Part shown: piece after piece, positions 52,101-64,000 of the stretch
Position numbering within the stretch: position 1 is the stretch's first letter
Layout: every line of letters begins with the position of its first letter
Assembly (NCBI RefSeq): GCF_022539665.2
Contig: NC_081331.1
Coordinates: 2,914,001 to 2,978,000, forward strand
DNA: 64,000 nucleotides
Direction: 5' to 3'
DNA from: Daphnia carinata
Taxonomy: Eukaryota
Made by a program: the position numbers and the translations under genes
The notes under the pieces: generated by a model
The model's database searches: none
The model's input: only the letters and a program-made list of their open reading frames with translations
What the model was told of the DNA's origin: nothing

Positions 52101-55100
52101 TACAAGAAATTCTAGTGAGTAATAATAACAAGAAGAGCAGACGTTTTGAAGGTGTCGTGATTCCTTGTTCTCCTACTGGGAACGCGTGCAAGTCGACGAG
52201 TTCCTTTCACATGCGCACACAAACAGTGTATACAATGGGCTTCAATTAGACGCGTGATGGATGGCCTCAAAAAAAAAACTGACGCCGTTCTTATGGCCAG
52301 AGATCTACTAGCTGCTGGCATCAGATGCTGGCCCCGGCCGCCACCTGTTTGTCCTCTCGTACACGCAGCGTCTTATCTCGAATAATATTTTTAAAAATAA
52401 ATATGTGCCTGTTCTTTTCTTCCGTCATCTTTTTTTTTTTATGAATATTCACAGCCTACAGGCTGAATGATAATAACCATGTTTGAATCTTATCATTTTT
52501 TCTAAGTTTCTGGCTTTTTAATTTTTTTTTTCTTTTAAAACACGAACAAACAAACGGGTTTTCTCTTCGGCGTGCGGTTTTTTTCTTTTATCGCCCAAAG
52601 TCCGCAACAGCATCAACACCCGGCCGTCAAAAGAGAAGAAATATCCTCTATGTTCACCCGCATTTCACGAAGAGAGTTAAAGAAAAAGTGCAGTTAGATA
52701 TAGCCAACGGTTCCATTGATTTCTTCGAAATCAATTTTCAAAAAAGATTTCAGTTACGTGTCGTGTTATTTCACTTGTTATCGACATGCTGACGTAGCAC
52801 TGTACATCACGATCGGTTCAAACTCTCGTTGCAATGATACGCGTTAATTGAACTGCAGATCGTTTGAAAAGAAGAAAGGGCTTCTGAAAAAAGAATTTCA
52901 TTTGTTCCAGAATGGGCGTCGTTATCGGTTATGTACTTCAATCTGAATTGTAAGAAGAAACGTGTAATAAAAGAATCCGAAAAAAAACGAGTAGTCTATA
53001 CAGAAAGATTTCTATATTATAATCACAATTCCCATGGATATGGTTCTGTATTTTAAAACTGAACAAAAAAAAAAAAAAAAGAACCGACCAAGAGGAATGC
53101 ATAAAGAGGTCATGGAAGAGGTCGGATGATTGCGGCTGGCGACCTCCTCCAGACTCGAATATGCTACACCACGCTGTGTCTCTTGTGTGAAGAGCTGAAT
53201 CAAACCGATGAATTTTTACTCGTTTTCATCCATTCGGAAAAAAATGGCGTCATTAGGTCCTTTAAAAAAAAAAAAAATTGTTTTAACATTCCAGCGAGAG
53301 ATCGATATCATTGGATGGCTCTCAATTTCGTCTTTTGCGTGAGCAGACACAATGATGGCCTTCGAGTTTTGCAGGAATCTGCACTGGTCGTTTGTGGGCG
53401 TTCGTTTCGCCCTTGACGTCAAATCTTCAATTTCCGTTTCACGAGCGAGTAACCGACACACACACACACACACACAAAAAAAAAGAGGACGATGCAAAAC
53501 TTAACGTACGCTTCTCTTCCATTAATAATATTCTCGATTACCATCTGATACAATGCTGCATTTCACGGTCTTCAGATTTCAATGGCCGACCGCTGAGCGC
53601 TTAGATTCATCGCGGGACTAACTCAATATCGTCAACGTACCGCCGGAAATTTTATATGACACGTTAGGAGACTTAAACATTCCCTTTTTTTAATCCCCCC
53701 CCCCCCCAAAAAAAAAAACGTAAATTTTAACTACTTTTCGATGCTTTTCTTTGCGTCTTTCACACACCAGCAGAGTGTGCACAGGGTCGAATATATATTT
53801 ACATGGCCTCTACAGTCATTTGTTTTCTGGCTAGTGGCTACATAAAAAGAAAGAAGACAAAAAAAAAAAAATAGAGGCAAAACGTAAACATCCCTTAGAA
53901 AAAGAAAGGAGGGGACGGCTGACGAAGAGATTCTTCTCAGATAAGGAAAATCCCCCTACACACCGGGACCCTCTAGGGTGGCGTTGTTATAATACGAAGG
54001 AAACACGCTGGGCAATATTTCCTCGGTTACAACTGGAATGCCAATCTTTTTACCTTCATTTTTTTTCTTTCTTTTGTCAGATATTTTTACGAAGTGTCTG
54101 GGCCTGTTTGTCTCATCAAACCGCCCACACTTTACGAGAAATGGATTATTTCAAATATTTAAATGCGTTACCCTCCGCCGCACGGGGACGCGTCCGTGTC
54201 GATCTTCATCATTTCACACGGCTCATTTTCACGTTTCGTTGAAAGAGTTTCCGAGAAATCGATGCAGCCAATGTGGACGAGCTGTTCTTTTATCTCGCTG
54301 GCTAACAGGAAGAGGCATCTGATTTCTACATGTTTTCTAATTTCCCCTTAAAGGCTCCTCTTTAACATTTCAGGGTTAAAGAAAATTCCGGTTTGGCAGA
54401 TTCGTTTCGCTCACAACGAACCCTACAACATTTTCAGCACGCTCCTCCCGGTAATGTCATTATAAACTTTTCCTTTTCAAAAGACAAAGGTATAGCCACG
54501 TTTCTTGGAAAATAGCAGGTATACCTGCCTTCGTTTTTTTTTTGTGATAACAAGGGAAGGCAAAGAAAAAATGATCATTTCATTCAATCATTTATGTTGT
54601 TGTTTTTTTGCAGCTCCCATAGTGAAATAGGGTGCGGTGTTTATGGAAGAGATCTTATATAATGCCACGTCTGCTCGAGAGCTGGAGCGATTGCACACAC
54701 GAAAAGAAACCATTGAAAGCCATTGGACGATTTTCCTTTTTTTTTTTCGCTTTTGTATGGGGAATTTTTTTTTTATGTTTCTAAAAGCTCCATCAATTAT
54801 TCAGTTGGATGCGCTTATCTTCGACGGACGAAAGAAGGGGAAAGAAATAGACGAATGGATTAACATAACACAGTTGAAATTTTGGGGTTCCACCTTTAAA
54901 GAAATAAATAATCTAAGAAAAAAATCGAAGTGAGCTCGCGAAGGGCTGTCTCATGCTGTGTAGTACTTTTAACTCGGATGTTTCGCTGTTGCGTATTCTT
55001 GCCCCTACACGTTTCTCTTTGTTACCTTTTTTTTTTTTTTTTGCTTTAAAACTATTTTCTGCCAACGTTATTTCTTGACTCGGGAATTAACAATTTGTTG

Positions 55101-55355
55101 ATCTTTTTTTCTTTCAAGTTAAGTCTGTTTAAAAGGAAAAAAAAAAGGAAAATCACTTTGATCCATTGTAACGTGTAATAACGTGACTCTTTTCGATAGC
55201 GAGTGCTAGCTATTAAAATCCATAAAAGTTGGAATGAGGAATAAAAAGGAGAATATTTTTTGTTTCTTAAAAAAATTCTATTTTGTCTCTTTTGTTTCTT
55301 CCTTTTTATTTCGAATTTTCATCGTAGCTATAACAATTTTTTCTTTCTTCCGCAC

Positions 55356-55358
<3 letters not shown>

Positions 55359-55395
<37 letters not shown>
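55359..55395. repeat. (TC)n microsatellite
   Basis: Directly visible TC run. Confidence 0.9.
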
Positions 55396-55398
<3 letters not shown>

Positions 55399-56880
55399 AC
55401 CTGTTTTTTTTTTTTTTCGTTTTCCATCTTTTCTTTTCTCCCCCGTTGTCCGCACGCCCGTTTCACGAGGCAAGGACCTTTCGGCGGTCGGGGTCACGGC
55501 CATAGCGGGGCCCCACAGATTCTCCTTTTCTTCCTTGCTTTTAGTTTCTTTTCCCCCCACCGTTTTCCAGGTGTAATTTACCCAGGGTAAAGGGACTGGC
55601 AAAGAGCCGAAAAGAGAAATACAACATTTACGGTATCCATCAAAGTTTTTCTTTTACCCAGCGACGACTCGTGTGCGCTAACAGCGATCTAAACACAACC
55701 CCAATGGACAAGTTAAAGTTTACCTAAGGTTAGAACTGTGTTGAAGGTCTCTTCACCCCTATGGACTTTCACTAGCTTTCCGTTTGTGCTTTGCCGGCCA
55801 ATATATCCTCATCATTCAACCTGGCCATTGAACGAAAAGATTCAAAGGGCATCGAAAGGCAGGTCAGCATCCTATGTACACACGAACAGGGTAATGATAA
55901 ATGGGAGAACAGAAAAATTGATGACTCATTACATCGAAGAAAAAAAATTTTTAAAGGGCGTTGGCTCTAATTTGTGAAATTGGAATAAATCATGTAGTCA
56001 GAAATCAAAAATGGGATCAGTTTTTTATTAAAAAATTCAACGAAAGTGACAGATGATATGGCATAATCTTTCTAATTAGTTTTACTTGCGTTCATTTCAA
56101 ACGTGTTCTATTCAAGTCGATGTCGTAAACGATTTTTTTGTTGTTCGCTGTGGCTGACTAGTACGCTATCAAAAGTGCGTTGTGTCTGTGCGAAATATCT
56201 CGTCCGGGCGACAAAATGATGGCTGTATAAAATCTCAGCCGACTTCCTTCATTCCGTCGTGACTTTAGAAAGGAAACAAAAACAAGTGAACTCGTAAAAA
56301 CAAGAGGAATAAAACGACAGACAATGAGGCGCATAGACGGACGACGTCAAAATAGTCTAGATATATAAAAAAAAAAAAAAACACGAAATGTTGAATTAAA
56401 GACCAATCTTTCAGCAGTCTACCAGACTTTGCACTAACATCAGGTAATCGGAGAGACACATGAACTTTTTCTTTACTAGGAAAGACTAGTAGAAAATAAT
56501 TGCCTGCCATTATTGACATCGTCCACAGTTCACTAAGTGCCGATAAGAACAAAATTATTTCCAGTAAAAAATAATAAAGGGAAGAGACAAGTTTTTTTTT
56601 TTCTATAACGCAGAAAGACAACAACTGTTGTTTTCAACCGTATGGAAATGTTAAACCGAGGGGAAAAAAAATTTTCCCGACGATGGGCGGCACTTTTCAT
56701 CACATTATTTTTTATTTGTGAAAAGAACGAAAAAACCGTTGCTCGGGAAAATCACGACGTTACAACCTGCCGCTAATATAGTAAAGCTAATACAAGAGCA
56801 TTTCATAAATTGATTTTTTCTATTCTCTTTTTATCATTATTTTGATTATAGCCAGTTATTTCAAACTATTCAACAGAGCC

Positions 56881-57870
56881 TTTGAAATTGAATAGCTGAA
56901 AAACTACAAGTAATATGTTAAAACAAACTCGATTTTCGTGATTCTCGTTCAATTTTAAGTGGGAATCAAGTGTTATCAGCCAAAGTTGGATTTTGGTCAA
57001 AAATCGCAAAAGTGGGAAGGCTATAGCCTTTGCTATTTTTCAAATTTTGTGAATTTGGGACATGTCTCAGAATTTCATGAAATTTATCAATTTTAATCAA
57101 AATTGAATGAGGAATCTGAATATCTCATTAGATTTGATGTAATTGATTCGGTTATCGAGTTATGAATAGAGTGATGTGCAACACTGGAGTACATTAACGC
57201 AACCACTTTGAATTCAAATATCTAATAAAATATAGAACTTAGGTAAAAATGAAACTAGTTTTTATGCTCCTTCTTAAAATTCGAATCTAAACTGTGTATG
57301 TTTATAGCTATATTTACTCATTTTTAAAAATATCGGAAATGTCGGGCTTATTTTGTCGGGCTTATTTTTTAAGTCAAGTTCACTTTGAGCTTGAATAACT
57401 AAAAAACTACAAGCCCCACTAAAAAAAAAAGTCGATTTCAGTGATCCTCGTTCAATTTTAAGTGGGAATCAAGTGTTATCAGCCAAAGTTGGATTTTGGT
57501 CAAAAATCGCAAAAGTGGGAAGGCTATAGCCTTTGCTATTTTTCAAATTTTGTGAATTTGGGACATGTCTCAGAATTTCATGAAATTTATCAATTTTAAT
57601 CAAAATTGAATGAGGAATCTAAATATCTCATTAGATTTGATGCAATTGAATCGGTTATTGAGTTACTGGTAGAGTGAGATGCAACCCTACAGCAAATTGG
57701 CGCATTCGATTTGAATTCAAATATCTAAAAAAAATATAAATCCAACATAAAGGTGAAATTGATTTTCATACTCCTCATTGAAATTCAAGTATAAGTCATT
57801 GTATGTTTATGACTATCTTTTTTTTGAAAAAAAAATTATTAAGGAAAACGTCGGGCTTATTTTTGAGCCA
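56881..57870. repeat. Tandem duplication with a 503-bp period, rich in palindromes; probable non-autonomous DNA element or satellite
   Basis: 56944-57117 is identical to 57447-57620 by eye, and the flanking parts align with many substitutions. Each copy holds the palindromes AAGGCTATAGCCTT and AATTTCATGAAATT. Degenerate TTTGAA(T/A)TTCAAATA-like sub-repeats extend to ~58140. Confidence 0.92.
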
Positions 57871-60800
57871 GGCTTTTTCACGAAAAATGCCGGGATCACA
57901 TTTTGAACTTTAAGTTCAATTAAATCCAATTTTTTATAATCAAAACAGGATGCTGGCCTCGAGAAAAACACTACTATATCGTAATTTATGTGATTTTTGA
58001 ATGAAATGCAATCTAAGTGGTTTTAGTCGCAACCACTTTTAAATTCAAATAACTAAACAACGAAAAATCTCACGTGAAAATAGAGTCAATTTCCGCGATC
58101 GGCATTCAATGTAGAATTTAAATCATGTATTGTTCAAGAATCATGGAACTTGAAACCTTCAAAAAAAGGGGGGGGGGGAGCCTACCTGAAAAAGCAGCTG
58201 ACGTGATACAGGTGTGATCCGCTGACACGAGCAGATGGCGTCTAGCCGCACATTTCTAAAGAACTTAAAATATGCATAAATACTTTTAAAGAGACGAAAG
58301 AATGTGCAACAATAGCTCGGTGTTGGACAATCTGAATATTTTAAAATATACTAATGCCACATTAAAGATATACACGGAAATAAATAAATAAAGAGCCTGA
58401 AAATGTGTTTTTGCGTCACTGACGATGACTCGGCCACTCTACATCAGTGTTGCTATTGACCAAAAAAATAAGAAAACTAGCTGCATTACTTATATAGAGA
58501 AAACGTCTAAGCCTTCACGATTTTCTGTGAGGTAGACACTCCAAACAAAAGTGAACGCTTCTTCTTGATAAAAAAAAAAAACCTTCGATTGTTGTGATTC
58601 AATTCAGGAAATGATACGTTGCGCTCGACTGCCTTGGGCTTTGAATTTTCAAAATGATTGAGTTCAACTATTTCGGCTTCCCCCCTTTTTTCCCAAAATT
58701 TTCTACTACACACGACTGTAGTAGCAGTGGCTCCCGCTTGCTTAATCTACGATGGAAAAAAGAAGAGCGCAGGAGATATAATAACACACAGGGCCTTATG
58801 TTTATATAGTCATGAATATTTATACCACTACGGCCTACACGTATGTAGGTTTCCATGGCTCTGGGGCTTCCAAACGTTACAGCATATAAGTTATCCCCTT
58901 TTAAAATCTAAGGGTTGAAGAGTGGCCGTATAAAAGAAGAAGAAGAAAAAACCTATTACCGTACCTGTTGGAAACCCTTATCACATCGTATGGATGTGAA
59001 ACAATGTTTCCTCAAACCGAACCACCAAATTTGGGGCTTCAAGGTGAAAGATTTTATTCCTCCTCTTCATTTTGTTCTTCTTTTCTTTCTCTTGAAATCG
59101 TTTTTTTTTTCTATTTCGTCTTTCCCCCTTTTTTTCTTTTCGTCATCATTATCTTATCCGTCATCTCTCGTAATGCAGAGCTTTTTCAACATTCTTCTAT
59201 GAATGTTAAGTTTTTTTTTTCGGCGGCGGCTGAGTGTGCACGTCTGGCCAGCAAAATCAAATGTCACGACCGACGGGCGACAAGGGTGGCGCGCGTCCGC
59301 GTTAAATTTCTACGCTCGTTTTCTTCGTGTTTGTTCTTCTTCTTCTTCTTTTTATCTAAGCAGGTTTTTCATTCGAAAAAAAAAGAATAAATTTCAAGGT
59401 TTTTGTTCCATCATTTTTTTTTTTTTTTAGCTTGGAGTAGTTGACTGCCAATCAACTTCAGTCCTGTCTACCAATTCCTCAGCAACGATATTTTGTGATT
59501 ATGGGAAAAAGAAAATATTCAACTATACGTGTGCATTATATCTAAACTGGTTCCAGCAACCCGCTAGCGATGGCTGTACCTTCCGATAATAACCTCTCCC
59601 ATCATTTTTTTTGGTTTAACACTAGTTCTATAATGCTGAAAAAAACAAAACAAAAACAAGGTATTAAATTACATAACGTTTTTGGGTAGTCCTAAATTTT
59701 AGTGACAGCTGTTACGGATAGACGAAAACGGCTATGGTAATTGGTTGCCCAAACCCAATTCCATAGAAATTGAAGTTTTTGTTTTTTTTGGCGTGGTACA
59801 AAGTGATAAAGCTCGAATTGAATAGGGTGTCGATCTTGTGTGAATGATAATTGGGAAAGTCGGACAACAGGTCAGAATGCATCGGCATTTGCTTATATTA
59901 AAATTTTTTCCTTTCTATTCGGTAGAGCAGATCGGCTAAAAACGGGAGGAAAACAAGAGATGATAACAGCAACGATAAATAACACCGGATTCGGCTACCC
60001 TACCTAATAACAACTGTAGGCTGTAACCAATTGCATGACAACAATCTAAGGGTAAAGAGGTAAAACAACGGACCGTGAAAAATTTAAATAAAAAATTGGG
60101 GATAAAAAAGAATGTACGTGAAACAGCGCGATGAGGTCAGTAAGGAAATCAATTAAGCTCAAACGATATTAAATGTCATTTCCGGGACAATGGGCGGCAC
60201 TCAAGTGTTTCCACACAAATTCTTCCCTTTTCTTTTGAATTTTTCCCCGGGAAAAAAATTGTGGTTAACATTTAATTTTAATTTGTGACTCGACGGGCGT
60301 CACGCAGTTTTCTTTTCTTTTAAATTTAAAACGCCACTCATCGACTTTGAGATACCGCGTTCGCTATTGTTAGTGCGTTCCTTGTCTTTGATTGTTGCCG
60401 AGGTGCGTCCGCGCGCACAAAAAATCCAGCGGTCTCCCGCATTGATGATGCACCTCTTCACGAAACAGGTTGTATGTGATCTAAACGCTAACAGAGAATG
60501 CAAAGCATAGAGTCATCGATATAAATCCACGAGCCTCACCCGCGCCGTTAAGTTCGTGGTACGCCCTTGACATTTTGCAGTGGACATGACGGAAATCCCG
60601 AAATGTTGCATTCACATCCGCTCGTGTGAAATCGGGGGGGAAAAAACGAAGTCGATTTTATTTCTGAATGTCTCCGCAGAAAAACGAGAAACTCGTCCGT
60701 GTGGGTTTGTTAAGCAATAACAAGCGAAACGATAAATAGCAAGAAGGAAAAAGAAAAAAGAAAACAAAAAAATTGGGATACCGAAGGCTTTTCCGTTATC

Positions 60801-63800
60801 CCACCCGGCTGATTGCGCTGCAATTTGCAGCATCTAACGAACTATAAATCATTAACGCACACGGAAACGCTTTTTTTTTTCACGTAGAGAAGCAGACATT
60901 ATTGCATAACTGGTATAAGCCACCGCGGAACGAACGGAAATTAATCCCACATTTACACACACAAAATTAATGAATTATTACGTTAAAAAACAATGTTTTT
61001 ACCTCAATCAAATGTTAGTGCGGTTGTGTAATCAAGTCAGTGACACACTTCATCAGCATACGCAGCGACAGATGGTATAAGGTTCATGATCCCTATACTT
61101 TAACAACAACGACAAAAAAAATAACATGTTTTTTATTTTTCCACGTTTTGTCTGAGGGTTCGAAAGATCATTGGCTTTACCTTTTTCTTGGACCCATCGG
61201 GGTCGCCCGGAATAAAAGGAGGAAAAAAAAAAGCCATTTTTTGTGTGTGTGTGTGTGTGTTGTTGTCCATGTATATATACATAGTATATATACCCTTTTT
61301 TAGAGATAGGACCGGAATTCAGGACAACACAGTTAAATGGACACACATACAAGAAAGGAAAAGAAAAGGGTTGTCTGTTGTATGTAATATCGTAAACAAG
61401 ACCAGCTGACAGCCTCAAATGGGTATTGTGGACAGACGGTCAGGAACAGGCAGCAGATTTGTGTGCAGGCAAGCGGCTGATTCAAATTCTCGTTTTGGAA
61501 TGTTTCCCTTCTTGAAAAAAAAAGTGGTCAATTCGGGTCAGCCTCCATGCCTTTTAACCAATTTTCGTCTCTTTAAACATAAAAAAAAATTGGGAAAAAA
61601 AAAAAAAAAAACAGTTTCTTTCTTCCTTCTTAGAATTACCGTTGTTTTCATGGCCGGAAGGCAACAACACGCACACAAAAAAAGAAGAAAAGATGAGAAA
61701 ATTGAAACAGAAATTCTCACAAAGTATATATACGGCATTACCTTGAGATGAAGCGGCGTAATGTTTGTAATCGACCGACTTCTGGAACGTCCAGCTGGAG
61801 GACAACTGCAATCAAGCGCGTCTGACGCAACGAACGACGCTCGTTCGCTCGCCATCATCATTATTAGCGTGACCATTTCTTCCACCTCTCTAATCTCTCA
61901 TCGCGCCTGCAACCATTTGCATAGATTCTATATAAGGCGGAAACGCGTGCCTCTTGTTTTCTTTTCTTTTTTTCTAGCTCTCGCAAGTAAGTCGACATCG
62001 TTCGCGAGGAAACGCAGGCCTCCCGCCCTTTGCCCGCTAAAAAGAGTTCAAACTAAATACTCCCATAACCGTAAAAAAAAAAATGAACAACAAACACTAG
62101 ACAACAAATAATGGGCCGTGATTATTATCGTGCAGTTTGCACGCCGATGGATTTAAGAAGAAAAAAATTGTTAATTTGCATTTAAATTTTTTGGGGTTAT
62201 ATTGCAGCGTGAAAAAAGGCGACCGCCGATCGCGTGAATGACCACCATCAACCAAGTTGACGGGCATGTTTGAAAAGTAGGATGAACGATTTCTCGAAGA
62301 ATATCCCGCCAACGGTATTTGTGGGATGGCCGTGAAAAATGGCCAAACATGAAACTACAACTTGTCATAACTCTCGCTCGACTGGAACGCGATTTTGCGG
62401 CGTCTGTTTATTGTAGGAAGGACCTGTATATCTCTGATCATCTGTTGCCGTCCAGACACCCCCTGATTTTCGCTTTGGCGGAGGAGAAAAATCCCGAAAC
62501 ATGGGGTCCTCGAGATTTACGGTACCAACGTCCCGTAGTTTCATCAAACAAAATGAACAACGACAAGAAATTGAGTGAAGGCAAGAAATACCGAACTCGC
62601 ACAACGGAAAAAAAAGAACGTGTAAGAAACGCACGTTCACGGTCAACGTCTGGCTCTTCTTTTTATAGCAGCGGGTTGTCGACGTGAGGAGGGAACAACT
62701 CGGTTGTGACGACAGATGCATCTGACGTGAGCAACTGGCATTAAACACGAAAAACTGGAAACAGGGTATTTAAATGTATTCAAGATTTCTCACAGCGCTT
62801 ATTAAAGACCAGTTCCTTCTCTCCCCTACAACGAATGGTAATTTTCTTGTATTTTTCTCGCTTTCAAGTGTGACGCCTTCGTTCTTGCGTCCAGTTCAAA
62901 ATGCAAATGAGGATAAAGGCATTATTCACGATGCTCTACAGACACAGCCAACCGAGTGTTTACGGATAGCTGCTTCACTGCAATCTGACTTGTGCTCCAC
63001 ATTCTACTCGTCTTCATTGTTATCATTTTTCTTTTTCAAGTGAAAAAAAAAAAAAATGCAACACGCGTGGCTCACATTTTCTCGATTATTTTCATTTAAT
63101 GAAAAGAGATGAGACATACAAGCAGGTTAAAGTCCCGACACGTATACGCTTCAGGCGCTCCATCAAAATGATGATCGTCGTGAAATCATGTCACTGATTT
63201 TTTGTTGCCAAAAACGAAATGGATTCTTCATTTCAAAGGCCAAAGAAAAAAACGGTAACCATATCACGCAACGATGCCTTCACGCTCTTCCCCAAAACAC
63301 ATACTATATAAGCATAACGTGATAGAATTACCTGTAAACGATGCCGAACGAATCTCAAGTCAGGGAGCGATTGAGTTAGAAAAAGGCCGAAGAGTTTTGA
63401 CCTACTTTTTTCTTCTTTCCCCGCTCGCCCCAAAGAAAATGTTAAACATTTTTTTATTTATCGAATGAGGCGATTCGCTTGCGTCACCCCAATGTTATTT
63501 GTCTTTTTTTTCCCCTCCCTGTAAATAACAAACAGCACGCGGAATTTTTTTTTTTAAAAAGAAAAGGAACGCACTCTGATCCTTAACACATGCGATGCGT
63601 TCGACCAAAGAGAGTTGGCGCAAGAGGGGGGGAGGGGGAGGAGAGCCCACATCCGGGTCCGATTATTACATCTGCTCCCGCACCAGGCACCCCGAAAAAA
63701 AAAAAAAAGAAACGGTGCTGCATCATTTTCAGAGAGGGCAATATGTACAACACATTGAACTTCAAGGTCTCTACAGTCAAGAAAGGTCTGTAACACCCAC

Positions 63801-64000
63801 GTTTAATCACGATCATCATCGAAAGCATGATCGGCGAAGGACTACCTGAATTTCGGAGTTGTTTGGCCTTGCAAATCGTGTAATTCGAATTCATTTTTTT
63901 TTTGCTGCGGATTGAAAGAAAGAGAGAACGACAGTTACATCGAAACTAAACACGAGAACGAGAGAGAGGAGTAGGGGCATACACACAAACAGAAGGAAAA

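Noticed and set aside
56881..57870. CRISPR-like interpretation of the repeats
   Set aside because: Only two long units in eukaryotic DNA, with no short repeat-spacer array or cas genes.
28000..64000. Numerous 60-190 aa Phe/Lys-rich ORFs in the track
   Set aside because: They arise from poly-T/poly-A and dinucleotide tracts, with no codon bias or domain signatures.

Overview
Eukaryotic, AT-rich genomic DNA with many ~60-110 nt GT-AG introns and long A/T tracts. It is most consistent with a branchiopod crustacean such as Daphnia; that assignment is inferred from gene architecture and was not verified. Seven protein-coding loci can be built by hand. (1) The first coding exon of a KLF6/7 (luna) gene on the minus strand, missed by the ORF track; the gene runs off the left edge. 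(2) A complete 7-exon Arp3 gene (418 aa, minus). (3) A kelch-repeat beta-propeller gene (plus) with one splice junction that does not phase canonically. (4) A reduced NBR1-like autophagy-receptor gene (plus) with a coiled coil, LIR motif, amphipathic helix and UBA domain, no visible PB1/ZZ/FW domains, and a likely GC-AG first intron. (5) A TGIF/achintya-vismay TALE homeobox gene (minus). (6) A class III GLUT (SLC2A10/12-like) sugar transporter (minus). (7) An intronless CABIT-domain serrano-like gene (plus) in ~34 kb of otherwise non-coding DNA. The window also holds a 503-bp-period, palindrome-rich tandem duplication at ~56.9-57.9 kb, microsatellites and candidate CTCF/Inr/TGIF sites. No tRNA, rRNA, CRISPR or transposase coding sequence was recognised. 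Most short ORFs in the track are noise from low-complexity DNA.
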